Assembly: GCA_963665295.1 (NCBI GenBank)
Contig: OY762209.1
Location: 448,001 to 512,000, forward strand
Source of the DNA: Syntrophorhabdaceae bacterium
GTDB lineage: Bacteria; Desulfobacterota; Syntrophorhabdia; Syntrophorhabdales; Syntrophorhabdaceae
Direction: 5' to 3'
Length of the DNA stretch: 64,000 nucleotides
Below are positions 46,900-56,614 of the stretch, in pieces. The notes beneath the pieces are model-generated. The model was not told where the DNA came from and ran no database searches. It worked only from the letters and a program-made list of their open reading frames with translations. Both the position numbers and the translations under genes were made by a program. Numbering within the stretch: position 1 is the first letter of the stretch; every line of letters starts with the position of its first letter.

Positions 46900-49800
46900 A
46901 TGGGAGATCAAGCAACCGGAATGAGTGCTTTCATCACCAGAGAGCTGGCAAAAGTTAGGGATGTCTATGTGACGGCTCCAGAGCGCATTATTGGCGACTA
47001 CAACACCGAGAATGAGAAAATCAGCGATTACAAGGGCAGGGAACTGCTAGAGATGTTGCAGAATGCCGATGATGAATCAGATATCGCACAAGACAAAGTT
47101 GCCTATATTGAACTTAAAGACGGTTTCCTAACAATTGCTAACAATGGTCAGCCATTCTCAGAGGATGGGGTTACCTCTCTGATTTATTCTCATCTCAGTC
47201 CAAAATATAAGCGTCAAAACAAGATCGGATCGAAGGGCACAGGCTTCCGTTCTATCCTCAGTTGGGCGAAACAAATTTTCATAAAGAGCTTAGACCTGTC
47301 TATTGAGTTTTCAAAGGAGAATGCAATCTCCTTCTTGAATGGCTTAGTCCTGGATAATCCAAATATTCGTCGATTTTTGGCTGAAAAGTCACCCTTTGCC
47401 GATCCTATAGCTATCCTTTTGACGCCAAAGTGGAAAGATACCGAGACCGGTACGTTCTCTGATTATGACACATACATAGTTGTTGAGCTTAAAGAATCCG
47501 TTGAAGCTGACGTTCAGCGGCAAATTGATGGTCTGGACAAAGAGGTTCTGCTTTTCCTTCACAATCTTCAACGCATCGTATTGAATAGTCCGGGAAGAAG
47601 AGAGGTCATCCGAAAGGAGCCGACGTACGATGGGAAGATAGAGATCAAAGTCGAGTCCATGGATGGGTCTTTCCTGAGCAATAGAACATGGCTTATTAAA
47701 GAGAAGCAAGGAACGTATGAGAATAGAAATTACGAGCTTAAGGTTGCGTACAATGAAGCCTTGGACGACTCAAAAAATATTCTATATTCCTATTTCAAGA
47801 CAGATGTCAGATTTCCCTTTCCTGCCGTCATCCATGGCACTTTTGAACTTACAGGAAATCGTAACCAGTTAACTCGCTCCGAAGTAAACAAATTTCTCTT
47901 AGGGGAACTCGCCCAGCTACTCATCGACGTTGCCCTGCAAATTGCCAATAAAGATACGGAACCGAGCTGGACGCCGTTCCGGCTCCTTTCCTTTACCTCC
48001 GGTTTTGATCAGGCTATAACCGACCTGGGGTTTGAGAATATCCTTTTAGAAAAAATCAAATCGAATAGGCTTTTCCCAACGGTCGTAGGCAACTACATCA
48101 CACATGCTGATAAACCAAAAGTGTACAGGAAGGATTACGCCGCTATTCTGCATTCTAAACCTCAATTTTCTAAGCTGACCATACATTCGGCAGATGAAAA
48201 TGTTTGGCGCCTTCTAAACCGATTGAGTTGGTGGAAGTATGATGCGCAATGGTTCTTCAGCCAACTCTCCGCCATCTCTAAGAGTTTCTCATTAGAGGGC
48301 CGTGCGAAACTTATCGTGTTCATACTCCAGGATTACGAGGAAGCCCTTAAAAGCATTCCCAAGGAAAAATTGCCAACATTATTTATGGACGATTCGGACA
48401 ACGTCATAGGGACTAACATTGAGGTTATCCTTCCTCCCGAGAAAGAAGCTTTCACAATTCCGAATTATGTTCATCTTCGATTTCTTAACGCTGAATTGTT
48501 TGAATATCTCTGCAGAGAACTAAATATAAAAGGCGCTCGTGCCCTAAGAGATAAATTGTCTGCCTTTGATGTTCAGGAATATAGTTTTGAAACGGTACTC
48601 AGGAGAGTTGTTGCTGGCACCAAAGAGCAAATAGAGAAGAAGAAAAGCAAGAAACTTAAGTACATAAGAACATTGGTTCAATTCCTGTGGCAATCATTTT
48701 CCAGGGGTAATGTATCGGACAACATCCCCAAGGACATAGATGTTCCATTGCTCAACCGATTTGAAGCAGTTGTGAGCGCGTCACGCCTGTATCTTGGTAA
48801 GGATTATGGCGATCAGGTCACAGAAAATCTTTTGAGAAACGTGGACAAGAAAATCTTCGTTGCTTCAGCAAAGCTGCTTGGCCTTGGTGATAAGGATGCC
48901 GACACCGTCAAACGATTCCTTTTATGGTTACGTGTCGCACAATATCCAAGGTTCCTGCAAAAGAGGTTCTCTCAGCCACAAGAGGCTGAATACGTGCATT
49001 TTGTCTATAACCAATTGGCCCGGCCCATAATCGTTGGTGACCTATCGTTTGATTCAGCTCAAGATCTCATTGACAGTTCCATCGGACACAGAACCTTTGT
49101 TGAAGTCGAGACAATAGAGTCCTTGGAGCAAATCCTAAATAAAGCCTTGACCGAAGACATATTACTGTGGCTGATCAAAGATCAAGCGATAGCTCGCATC
49201 ATTAGCGATAAGACAGAAAAAAATGCCAGTTCCAACTTTAAGATTGACTTCCACGGAAAGTCAAAGACAAGGTATCTTCGCAGCAACGGTATTTTCCCTT
49301 ATGCCCTCTGGGTCTTGAGAAGCAGGAAGTGGGTTAAGACCAAGAGTGAACGGCGAGTTGAACCAACGATATGTTGTCTTTCCAAAGCCATAGGTCCTGA
49401 CTTCTCTCCAATAATTGAAGCACCAGATGTTGACTATAACAGCAAGAAATTTGTCCAAGCTAAAGTAAGCCGCGAGGATATTGAACATCTTCTTGCGGCG
49501 GTGGGTGTAGCTTCCGACCTCACCAGATTTCCCACAGATACCATTTACTCTATTCTGCTCAATTTACCGGAGCTTGATGCGGCCGGGGACAAGGCAAAGT
49601 TAATATACAAGCAAATCATTGAGAACAGATCCAAGGATCAGATAGATCGCAGCAGCCCCGCTTATAAGCAGTTTCAAAAGGAGGGGAAAGTCTTGGCTAT
49701 ATTGAGCCAACAAAAGAGTTATAAGCCACTGCAAAGCGTTTACTACGTCGAAAATAGAACCTTTTGCCAAGACGTGATTAATCAGTTCCCTGTTCTTGAT

Positions 49801-51726
49801 CTTGACAAAAGGGTGGGCAAAGACAAGGTCAGGTCTGTGTTGGGCGTCAAACCCTTGGAAGAGGTTTCCTTTAGAGTCAAAGGCGAACCGAAGATTCATC
49901 CTCTCGGCATAGAGTTTGGGATAGATTTTGAGGAATTCAAACCCTATGTTTATGCATTAAGAGTGGAGAAGGACCCGAGGCATGCCCAGTTGTCAGCTCT
50001 GAAGCAAAGCAAAGTCACCCTGTGTACCGATGTGGCTGCCTCATATTTTTACAATGGCGAAGAAAGAGGATTTAGTGTGGAGTCTTATGAGCATATCTTT
50101 ATCAGCAAAGCCAACAACGTCTATTTGAAGGTAGAGGCCGATCTCCATAATTCGCTATCCGATTTTAGACGAGACATCCGGTTCTGCGAAACTGTTGCTG
50201 AAATAGTTTCCGGTCTTTTTAAGGTAGAAGAAAACAGAGAGACGATTGGCAATCTTTACTCCAGAGATGAACACCAAAGAAAGGAATTGCTAAGAATGCG
50301 GCTGGATGATGATGAATTGGTCAGTCTGGACCGCGCCTATAAATTACTGGAGATCACCACCGACCCTCAAAAGGATTTCTGGCACTGCGTCTATAGGGCA
50401 GCAAAACCCTCTTCCTCATTCCCAGAATTCACTGACGACGATAAACTCAAGGATCTCCTTCAGCACAACCTCCGCTTGGATGAATCGTTAATCGGCAGGC
50501 TCCTCAGAGACATAGATTATGATGACCTGAATTCGCCAACAAATCTGGCGATCATAATAGAACTTTTTAGAAAGATCGGGATCGATATCGCCGTTTTTAA
50601 CCAGCTTACTACGCGGACGCTGAACTTGACCGAGTATTATCGTGGACTGCTCGACGCTCTCAAGCATCGATACCAGCGACAATATGATAGTCATCTATAT
50701 ACGAAGCTAAAGAAAGAATCAGTAGAGAAGAAAAAGACATTTCTATTGGAGAAGTATAGATACGAAGAATTCGATGGGTTTGTGATTGAGAATTCGGTGG
50801 CATTTGTCCCTGAAGACTATTTCAGGTATTTACTGAAAGTAGAATTTGACTGCGACTTAACGGATATCGAAAACCAGCAAGTGATTGATTTGACCGAACT
50901 TTATAATGCTAACAAAGACAAATTGAAACAAGCATTGTTGGGTAAGCACCCCGTAACAACACATGCATATCTCGAAACGTTCTTGAACGATAAACGTTTC
51001 AGAAGCCTGATCTATTTTGGAGAAGCCGATTATCTAGAAAAAGAGTTTGCGGATAAGTACGGACACCAACCTGAAGCTATGCCTCAACCTCAAAGCAAAA
51101 CCATCGAATTCTATGGAAACAGAATACCATACCAAAGTCTGGAAAAGCTGGGAGCGGCAATTGGCGAGAACTTGCTCAGAAAAGACCTTCAGATTTTAAA
51201 CGTCACGCCTTGCGCAGTCGTATCGCTGGTGCAAAAGTCCGGAAAAGCCGGGACGAGCAGAAGTTCGGGCGCAAGGCCGCGCAGACCTAATGAAGAAACT
51301 GGATTCTTAGGCGAATGTACCGTTTATAGTCTGCTTACCCTCAAATATGGGAAGGAGAAAGTCTTCTGGGTGTCAGAGAATGCACTGAAAGCTGGAATCA
51401 ATGAGAATGGAAGCGAAGGCTTTCATTATGACATGCGGTACGTTGATGGCAGGGGCAAAACTATGTATGTCGAAGTGAAAGCGTCTGTCTCCAATGATCT
51501 GATTTTTCATATTACTCCTGAAGAAGTCGCATTTGCAGAAGAGAAGAAGGATGATTACGAGATATACTTTCTGCCGGGCATCAACAGTAGTGATGCAAAA
51601 GCTCTAAAAATTCCAGGATTATTCAGGTACAAGAAAGGAGAATCTTTTGCAAAGAACTCCAAGTTTTCAGTAGAAAACGATTCGTTTACAATTGAGTTCA
51701 GGCTCGGCGAGAAAGATAAGAAATAG
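46900..51726 (+). CDS. Sacsin-like GHKL ATPase with C-terminal DUF3883/NO VEIN-type nuclease domain, candidate defence gene
   Basis: ELLEMLQNADD, NNG.PF...G, IGSKGTGFRS; C-terminal G.LGE..VY...GFHYD...YVEVKAS...F.IT.EE. Confidence 0.85.
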   Translation: MGDQATGMSAFITRELAKVRDVYVTAPERIIGDYNTENEKISDYKGRELLEMLQNADDESDIAQDKVAYIELKDGFLTIANNGQPFSEDGVTSLIYSHLSPKYKRQNKIGSKGTGFRSILSWAKQIFIKSLDLSIEFSKENAISFLNGLVLDNPNIRRFLAEKSPFADPIAILLTPKWKDTETGTFSDYDTYIVVELKESVEADVQRQIDGLDKEVLLFLHNLQRIVLNSPGRREVIRKEPTYDGKIEIKVESMDGSFLSNRTWLIKEKQGTYENRNYELKVAYNEALDDSKNILYSYFKTDVRFPFPAVIHGTFELTGNRNQLTRSEVNKFLLGELAQLLIDVALQIANKDTEPSWTPFRLLSFTSGFDQAITDLGFENILLEKIKSNRLFPTVVGNYITHADKPKVYRKDYAAILHSKPQFSKLTIHSADENVWRLLNRLSWWKYDAQWFFSQLSAISKSFSLEGRAKLIVFILQDYEEALKSIPKEKLPTLFMDDSDNVIGTNIEVILPPEKEAFTIPNYVHLRFLNAELFEYLCRELNIKGARALRDKLSAFDVQEYSFETVLRRVVAGTKEQIEKKKSKKLKYIRTLVQFLWQSFSRGNVSDNIPKDIDVPLLNRFEAVVSASRLYLGKDYGDQVTENLLRNVDKKIFVASAKLLGLGDKDADTVKRFLLWLRVAQYPRFLQKRFSQPQEAEYVHFVYNQLARPIIVGDLSFDSAQDLIDSSIGHRTFVEVETIESLEQILNKALTEDILLWLIKDQAIARIISDKTEKNASSNFKIDFHGKSKTRYLRSNGIFPYALWVLRSRKWVKTKSERRVEPTICCLSKAIGPDFSPIIEAPDVDYNSKKFVQAKVSREDIEHLLAAVGVASDLTRFPTDTIYSILLNLPELDAAGDKAKLIYKQIIENRSKDQIDRSSPAYKQFQKEGKVLAILSQQKSYKPLQSVYYVENRTFCQDVINQFPVLDLDKRVGKDKVRSVLGVKPLEEVSFRVKGEPKIHPLGIEFGIDFEEFKPYVYALRVEKDPRHAQLSALKQSKVTLCTDVAASYFYNGEERGFSVESYEHIFISKANNVYLKVEADLHNSLSDFRRDIRFCETVAEIVSGLFKVEENRETIGNLYSRDEHQRKELLRMRLDDDELVSLDRAYKLLEITTDPQKDFWHCVYRAAKPSSSFPEFTDDDKLKDLLQHNLRLDESLIGRLLRDIDYDDLNSPTNLAIIIELFRKIGIDIAVFNQLTTRTLNLTEYYRGLLDALKHRYQRQYDSHLYTKLKKESVEKKKTFLLEKYRYEEFDGFVIENSVAFVPEDYFRYLLKVEFDCDLTDIENQQVIDLTELYNANKDKLKQALLGKHPVTTHAYLETFLNDKRFRSLIYFGEADYLEKEFADKYGHQPEAMPQPQSKTIEFYGNRIPYQSLEKLGAAIGENLLRKDLQILNVTPCAVVSLVQKSGKAGTSRSSGARPRRPNEETGFLGECTVYSLLTLKYGKEKVFWVSENALKAGINENGSEGFHYDMRYVDGRGKTMYVEVKASVSNDLIFHITPEEVAFAEEKKDDYEIYFLPGINSSDAKALKIPGLFRYKKGESFAKNSKFSVENDSFTIEFRLGEKDKK

Positions 51727-51792
51727 GGAACTTGCGTCTCCGCCCCGCCCCGTGGCAATGATACCTCGGCCCGCCACTGCCTGAAGCTCAGC

Positions 51793-51934
51793 TCAACCGC
51801 TTCGAGACTCTTTGCTTTTCCTCTGTAATGAATTGTTATACCCATGGCCTTCCTCCTTTTGTTTTTAAGAACTGTTTTCATGGTAGAGGAAGTGGAGAAT
51901 GAAAAAAGACGGGCTTTTATACCGCCAGTGACAT
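51793..51934. repeat. 142-bp direct repeat, copy 2 (orphan 5' gene fragment)
   Basis: Encodes MGITIHYRGKAKSLEAV on the minus strand, then diverges. Confidence 0.93.
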
Positions 51935-52322
51935 GTTCAAATAAGAATTTTGTCTTCGGCTTTCGATTTCCAGAGTCTAGGACTAATGCAAACGCTTGCC
52001 CAGCGCTATCTACTGATGTCTCATAATGCTCGCAAAGTTTACCTTGAGGACATTCCTTTCGTGATGCCCAAAATGACTATGAGACGACACTGCGCCAATC
52101 CTCCTCCCCTCTCGACTTTGATAACTCTTGTGGGGACAGTGCGCATTTCGAGAAAACTTTGATGGATTGTGCTGGACATTCAAAATCACAAGTGATAATA
52201 ATCAGTTTTGTAAATGCTCTGTTTGCGGCAGACTTGTTGGCGTTCAGAATAAAACGGTGGTATCCCTTTTGTCGGAACCATTTAGTTTGATACATTTAAT
52301 CAATTACGATTGAGATGACAAG

Positions 52323-53807
52323 ATGAAGCTTCAGAATATTCAGAATCGAATAAACGAACTAATGGCCATTTTCGTTGCCCAGGTCAAAGGCGCTACCGCT
52401 ATGGGAAGAACCGACATCAATCGGGTATCTGAGACGGTCTTAATACCTCTCCTCTCGGAAGTGTTCGGCTATCAAGCCCTTAAGAATCTCAACTACACTG
52501 AAGAGGAAAACTATCCTGGGATTGATCTCGGAGACGAGCAGGCCCGAGTCGCCTTTCAGGTGACCAGTACAGCCAGCATCGAAAAAGTAAGGGAAACTCT
52601 TATAAAATTCGTACGGTACCGGCTTTACGAAAAGTACGATCAGCTATTCATGTATATTCTGACGGAAAAACAGAAATCTTACTCGGACAAAGGTCTTTCC
52701 GAAATACTTGAAGGAAAATGCTCTTTTGACGTTTCAAGACAGATTCTTGATTATCAAGATATTCTAAGGGCAATAAGCGGTTTCCAAATCGAAAAGGCAC
52801 TTTCTGCATGCAGTATTTTGGAACGAAACCTTAGCTATACGCCTCACCTTCTAGAACATATCACTAATCAAACGTATGAACCGCTTGAGGGTGGAACTGA
52901 GACAGTATATCTCAACCTCGTGGAGGTATCCTTTCCAGATATCTTGTATATCGGAAATCTACCGTCTTTGCCAACCAAGAAACAGGAAAAGAATCGGAGA
53001 TGGAAGGGCCTCAAACCCAAATCCCAGAGAGACGCCGTGCGAGAGAAACTCCTCGAACTCGGACTACGATTCGGCACCGATTGGGAGACTTTCGGGAAAA
53101 GGATAATCACTTTTCATAACCTCTCGAATGACGCAATCCCCTTAGCCCAAGTTGTGCTGCCCGAAAGTGTATCAGCTACTTCAACACTTGATTTCTATTC
53201 AGTTGACGAGGATCACGACAGGGTTTTCAAGTCTTTGTTGCGAAGATGTCTTCAGCAAAAGCTTTATCACCGTGGTATACAATGGCAAAACGATAAGAAC
53301 CTCTTTATCTTTGTAAGCAAAGATGGCGAAGATCATCGGGAAGAACACTGGGTAGGAAGTAAATCGAGTGAACGCGTCGTGTTTGAGAGGACAAGAAAGA
53401 CAAAGAAGCCCGATGAGACGTGGTACTGTAAGCACCTGGCTTTCGCTTCTCGCTTCTATTGCATCGATCACCAATGGTTCATGGCCGTAAAGCCGGATTG
53501 GTTCTTTAGTCGAGACGGCTATAGTGAATCTTTTTATGCTGCGCAAAAAGTCAACTGGCTTAAAAAGAGAGAAAACAATGAGCATCTCTACAATCAATTT
53601 CGGTTTATATGCTATTTTGTGACACACGATGACATTCCTAATCTTTTCGAAAAAGACAGAAGATATCCTTACCTGTCATTTGGCAATGCCGTCGCCTTCC
53701 AATCTTACCCGGAGTTGAACGATGATGTATGGAACCCTCCGAAATCGGATGGCGAGGATGAAGACCTGGATGATGCAGTGTCACAAATGAGTCTGTTTGA
53801 TTTATGA
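52323..53807 (+). CDS. SMEK-domain / APAZ-domain fusion (short pAgo partner)
   Basis: N-terminal DIN..SE....LL...L.NLN....NYPGIDLGD.....FQVT..K...T..KF (SMEK); C-terminal E..Y.NL.E..FP, I.TF..L, F..LL...L, H.AF, W...KPDW.F..DG (APAZ-like); ATGA overlap with pAgo. Confidence 0.8.
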   Translation: MKLQNIQNRINELMAIFVAQVKGATAMGRTDINRVSETVLIPLLSEVFGYQALKNLNYTEEENYPGIDLGDEQARVAFQVTSTASIEKVRETLIKFVRYRLYEKYDQLFMYILTEKQKSYSDKGLSEILEGKCSFDVSRQILDYQDILRAISGFQIEKALSACSILERNLSYTPHLLEHITNQTYEPLEGGTETVYLNLVEVSFPDILYIGNLPSLPTKKQEKNRRWKGLKPKSQRDAVREKLLELGLRFGTDWETFGKRIITFHNLSNDAIPLAQVVLPESVSATSTLDFYSVDEDHDRVFKSLLRRCLQQKLYHRGIQWQNDKNLFIFVSKDGEDHREEHWVGSKSSERVVFERTRKTKKPDETWYCKHLAFASRFYCIDHQWFMAVKPDWFFSRDGYSESFYAAQKVNWLKKRENNEHLYNQFRFICYFVTHDDIPNLFEKDRRYPYLSFGNAVAFQSYPELNDDVWNPPKSDGEDEDLDDAVSQMSLFDL

Positions 53808-55231
53808 AGATAGATACTTTTGATGAACCACTCCTTGAATTTGGCACCGGCACACATTTGTGTCCGAGAGCCGGTATTGCCATGCACTCAGCTTACGACA
53901 CCAGAATGGCGGTTAGAAGAGAACGGATTTTGGTAGGAGCGGTTGGAATAACCGATCATCTGACGAAGTTAATGGAATGGCTCGATAGATGTTCACGGCC
54001 TATACCAGGAAAGATGAACTCTACGAAACCAAATCTCTTTCCAGGTTTCTGTGGATTCAATCGAAATATTGGGTTCAAGGCAGAATTTATAATCAACGAT
54101 GAGATTACTCGCTCACTAAGTCTCTCAGAGGTCAGACGCATTACAAAGACGAAAAATCGCCAGTCATGTGTCAATGACGCCGTGGAATTATATTATCGTC
54201 AGGTAGAGTTTCTAGCTCAAAACAGAGCTGTCGACGTCATAATTTGCATTTTGCCCTCAAAACTGTATGGCAAAATCGTAAGAGAAGGTCTGGAAAAAGC
54301 TGAGATAGATCTCGAAGAAGAACAGTTGGAAGATGATATCTTAGAGGCTAATTTCAGACGCGCCCTTAAGGCCAAGACAATGCATCTGGGTAAGCCTATT
54401 CAGATCATGCGGGACCTGTCCCTGGAGTCTAACCCGAGAACCCAGCAAGATGATGCAACAAAAGCATGGAACTTCTGTACCGCTCTCTATTATAAGGCTA
54501 ATCAAACAGTTCCATGGAAACTTATCACAAATGTAAACAGACCTCCAATCTGTTTCGTCGGCATCGGTTTCTACCGCAGCCGCGACGGCAAGAGTTTGCA
54601 CACGAGTCTTGCTCAAGTCTTCGACGAATTGGGGAATGGAGTAATCCTCAGAGGAACACCGGTTAAGCTGGACAGAGAGGATAGAACGCCACACCTTACT
54701 GAAGAGCAAGCTTCCACTCTTCTTGAAAGAGCGCTTTGTGAATACCAGGCCGCGATGGACAACCTGCCCGGCAGAATAGTCGTTCACAAATCCTCCAACT
54801 TTAATGAGTTGGAATTGCAAGGCTTTCGAAATGCTACTGACCAAGCCCGAGTCAAATCGGTTGATTTTGTCACGGTCATGGAAACAAAGCTAAGACTCTT
54901 GCGCGGAGGGATATACCCGCCTTTTCGAGGGACTTATATCGAGCTGGATGCAACAACACACATTCTTTACACACGAGGATCTGTCAATTACTATCAAACT
55001 TACCCCGGCAAATATGTTCCCCAGCCTCTGGAAATACGGATCGTCGAATCAGATGAGTCGCCGGGACTGATCTGCAGAGAAATTCTTGGGCTAACAAAAA
55101 TGAACTGGAATAATACACAGTTCGATGGCAAATATCCGATTACAATAGAATGCGCAAGAAAGGTCGGTCAAATAATGAAATACGTAGACGAAAACGAGAA
55201 GCCACAAATTCGCTACAGTTTTTATATGTAA
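53804..55231 (+). CDS. ago: Short prokaryotic Argonaute (MID-PIWI, catalytically inactive)
   Basis: EP.LEFG, F...LKA..M....P.Q, Q...T.AWN...ALYYKA...PW, CFVGIGFY, VVHKSS, P.RGT, YPG..VP.PL, LTKMNWN...P.T. Confidence 0.93.
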   Translation: MKIDTFDEPLLEFGTGTHLCPRAGIAMHSAYDTRMAVRRERILVGAVGITDHLTKLMEWLDRCSRPIPGKMNSTKPNLFPGFCGFNRNIGFKAEFIINDEITRSLSLSEVRRITKTKNRQSCVNDAVELYYRQVEFLAQNRAVDVIICILPSKLYGKIVREGLEKAEIDLEEEQLEDDILEANFRRALKAKTMHLGKPIQIMRDLSLESNPRTQQDDATKAWNFCTALYYKANQTVPWKLITNVNRPPICFVGIGFYRSRDGKSLHTSLAQVFDELGNGVILRGTPVKLDREDRTPHLTEEQASTLLERALCEYQAAMDNLPGRIVVHKSSNFNELELQGFRNATDQARVKSVDFVTVMETKLRLLRGGIYPPFRGTYIELDATTHILYTRGSVNYYQTYPGKYVPQPLEIRIVESDESPGLICREILGLTKMNWNNTQFDGKYPITIECARKVGQIMKYVDENEKPQIRYSFYM

Positions 55232-55242
55232 GATGGCCCCAC

Positions 55243-55283
55243 ACAAAAAAAGACTCCGCCTGTTTCTTTGAAAACAAACGGAG
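55243..55283 (-). terminator. Hairpin plus U-tract downstream of DGR-type target gene 1
   Basis: Minus strand CTCCGTTTGTTTT-CAAA-GAAACAGGCGGAG-TCTTTTTTT. Confidence 0.65.
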
Positions 55284-55333
55284 CCAGGGTCGAAGGGTCA
55301 AAGCTGTGAGCCAAGGACTCAAAACTCAAAGAG

Positions 55334-55840
55334 CTACTTGCGACGAAGGAACACCCACCGGTTGTCAGCATACCAGAAGCTGCCAGAATAGCCATAACTG
55401 CCGCCGAGACACAGGCCGTCGTCATCGTGTACGACGCTGGACCGCGTCAGGCAGCCATCGGAGTCCATGATGCTGTCCATGGCTATAAAAAGAGCTTCTC
55501 TTTTTGGTTGTTCGGAATATTGGAGACGCAGTTGTGGGCCGACTTCAGCGGGACAGATGTCCCCAATCTTCTTGATGCGCCTATCGATGTTGCGGTAATA
55601 TGCGCCATCTTTAAATCCGAGTTCGGCGGTAGTTGCCGTCATCAGCTCGACTTCTTTTTGTTCCCGGCTCAGGGTGACTTTGCTCAAAATGTCGCCCGCC
55701 CATTCGCCGACTTTGAATCCGTTTTTCTCCAGAGCTTCGCGGAGTTCGGGAATCGATTTGTAGATTCCCAGCTTGATGGTCTTCCAGGTTGGAAGATCGC
55801 AAATGCTTTCATACAGTCCACTTTCGACCTTTCTAATCAT
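55334..55840 (-). CDS. DGR-type variable (C-type-lectin-fold-like) target protein 1
   Basis: CPAEVGPQLRLQY core; NNC/NNT-rich C-terminus ending W....RWVFLRRK; GAGGAGG RBS. Confidence 0.7.
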   Translation of the reverse strand: MIRKVESGLYESICDLPTWKTIKLGIYKSIPELREALEKNGFKVGEWAGDILSKVTLSREQKEVELMTATTAELGFKDGAYYRNIDRRIKKIGDICPAEVGPQLRLQYSEQPKREALFIAMDSIMDSDGCLTRSSVVHDDDGLCLGGSYGYSGSFWYADNRWVFLRRK

Positions 55841-56021
55841 GACAAACCTCCTCTTAATTGAGATATGCCGCTTCATAGCAGCCTTGGAGGAACTTCGAGA
55901 AATTCCCTGAAGGATGCCATGAAATTGTGAGGAGTATGACATAAAGGGGCTTTCCTGAAGCTGAACCCCCTATTGTACACCTAATCCATATTTTGTCAGT
56001 ATCTGAAATCAAAGAGCATTT

Positions 56022-56146
56022 GCACAAGAAAAGCTACGCCTGTTTTTTGAAAACAAACAGTGCCAAGCTCCAAGGTTCCAAGGGTCAAAGTTGAAACCAA
56101 GAATCCGAGGCTCAAAGAGCGTACTCGCAGAGAAGGAATACCATCG
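56022..56146 (-). repeat. Degenerate orphan copy of the target-gene 3' end and downstream element
   Basis: Aligns by eye with 55241-55366 and 56570-56650. Confidence 0.7.
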
Positions 56147-56218
56147 TTTTTGTCAAAACCGATTCGTGCGGTATAATTAGAATATCTTTCAACAATCCTA
56201 ATTATTGGTACCAAAAAT

Positions 56219-56569
56219 ATGGAGAAGAAGATATTGGCTGTCTCTGCGATAGTTATTATGCTCTTGGTTGGAGGTTTTTTGACGTTTATGTTTGTGAAAA
56301 TTTCTGATCAGAAAAATGAAAATATTTCCAATCCAAATCGGCCTTTGCTGGTTGAAGATTATTACGAAAATCTAAAGAATAAATGTAATGGTAATTCTTG
56401 TTGCATTTCCTCAGTTGATTCAATGAAAAGTGCAAGCGCAAAGTTGGCTGAGAATGAAACATGTCCGGATGGATCTGAAAAAGATATGCTCAAGTGTGAA
56501 GGGACTTATATTTGGTGCAAAACCTCAACTGTCTCTGGGAATGAGAATAATCATCAGGCTAACAACTAG
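56219..56569 (+). CDS. Membrane-anchored small Cys-rich protein
   Basis: N-terminal TM; C...CC...CPDG...C.G...WC. Confidence 0.7.
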   Translation: MEKKILAVSAIVIMLLVGGFLTFMFVKISDQKNENISNPNRPLLVEDYYENLKNKCNGNSCCISSVDSMKSASAKLAENETCPDGSEKDMLKCEGTYIWCKTSTVSGNENNHQANN

Positions 56570-56614
56570 CGGAAAGGTTCAAGGTTGACGACCAAGAACC
56601 CGAGACTTAAAGAG

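Larger units (their letters stand above)
26681..55231. mobile_element. tRNA-Arg-targeted integrative element / defence island (right boundary uncertain)
   Basis: att fragment, primase-like gene, two tyrosine recombinases and a dense cluster of defence genes; no intact tRNA-Arg seen in the window. Confidence 0.75.

Noticed and set aside
51555..51881. 108-aa ORF as a real gene
   Set aside because: Only the first codons come from the duplicated gene start; the rest is read-through, antisense to the large ATPase gene.
52128..52313. 61-aa ORF with CKCSVCG upstream of the SMEK-APAZ gene
   Set aside because: Weak start and no RBS; I cannot support it as a third component, though it may be a remnant.
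56022..56146. DGR template repeat
   Set aside because: Too short, not AAC/AAT-rich, and no RT or Avd gene nearby.
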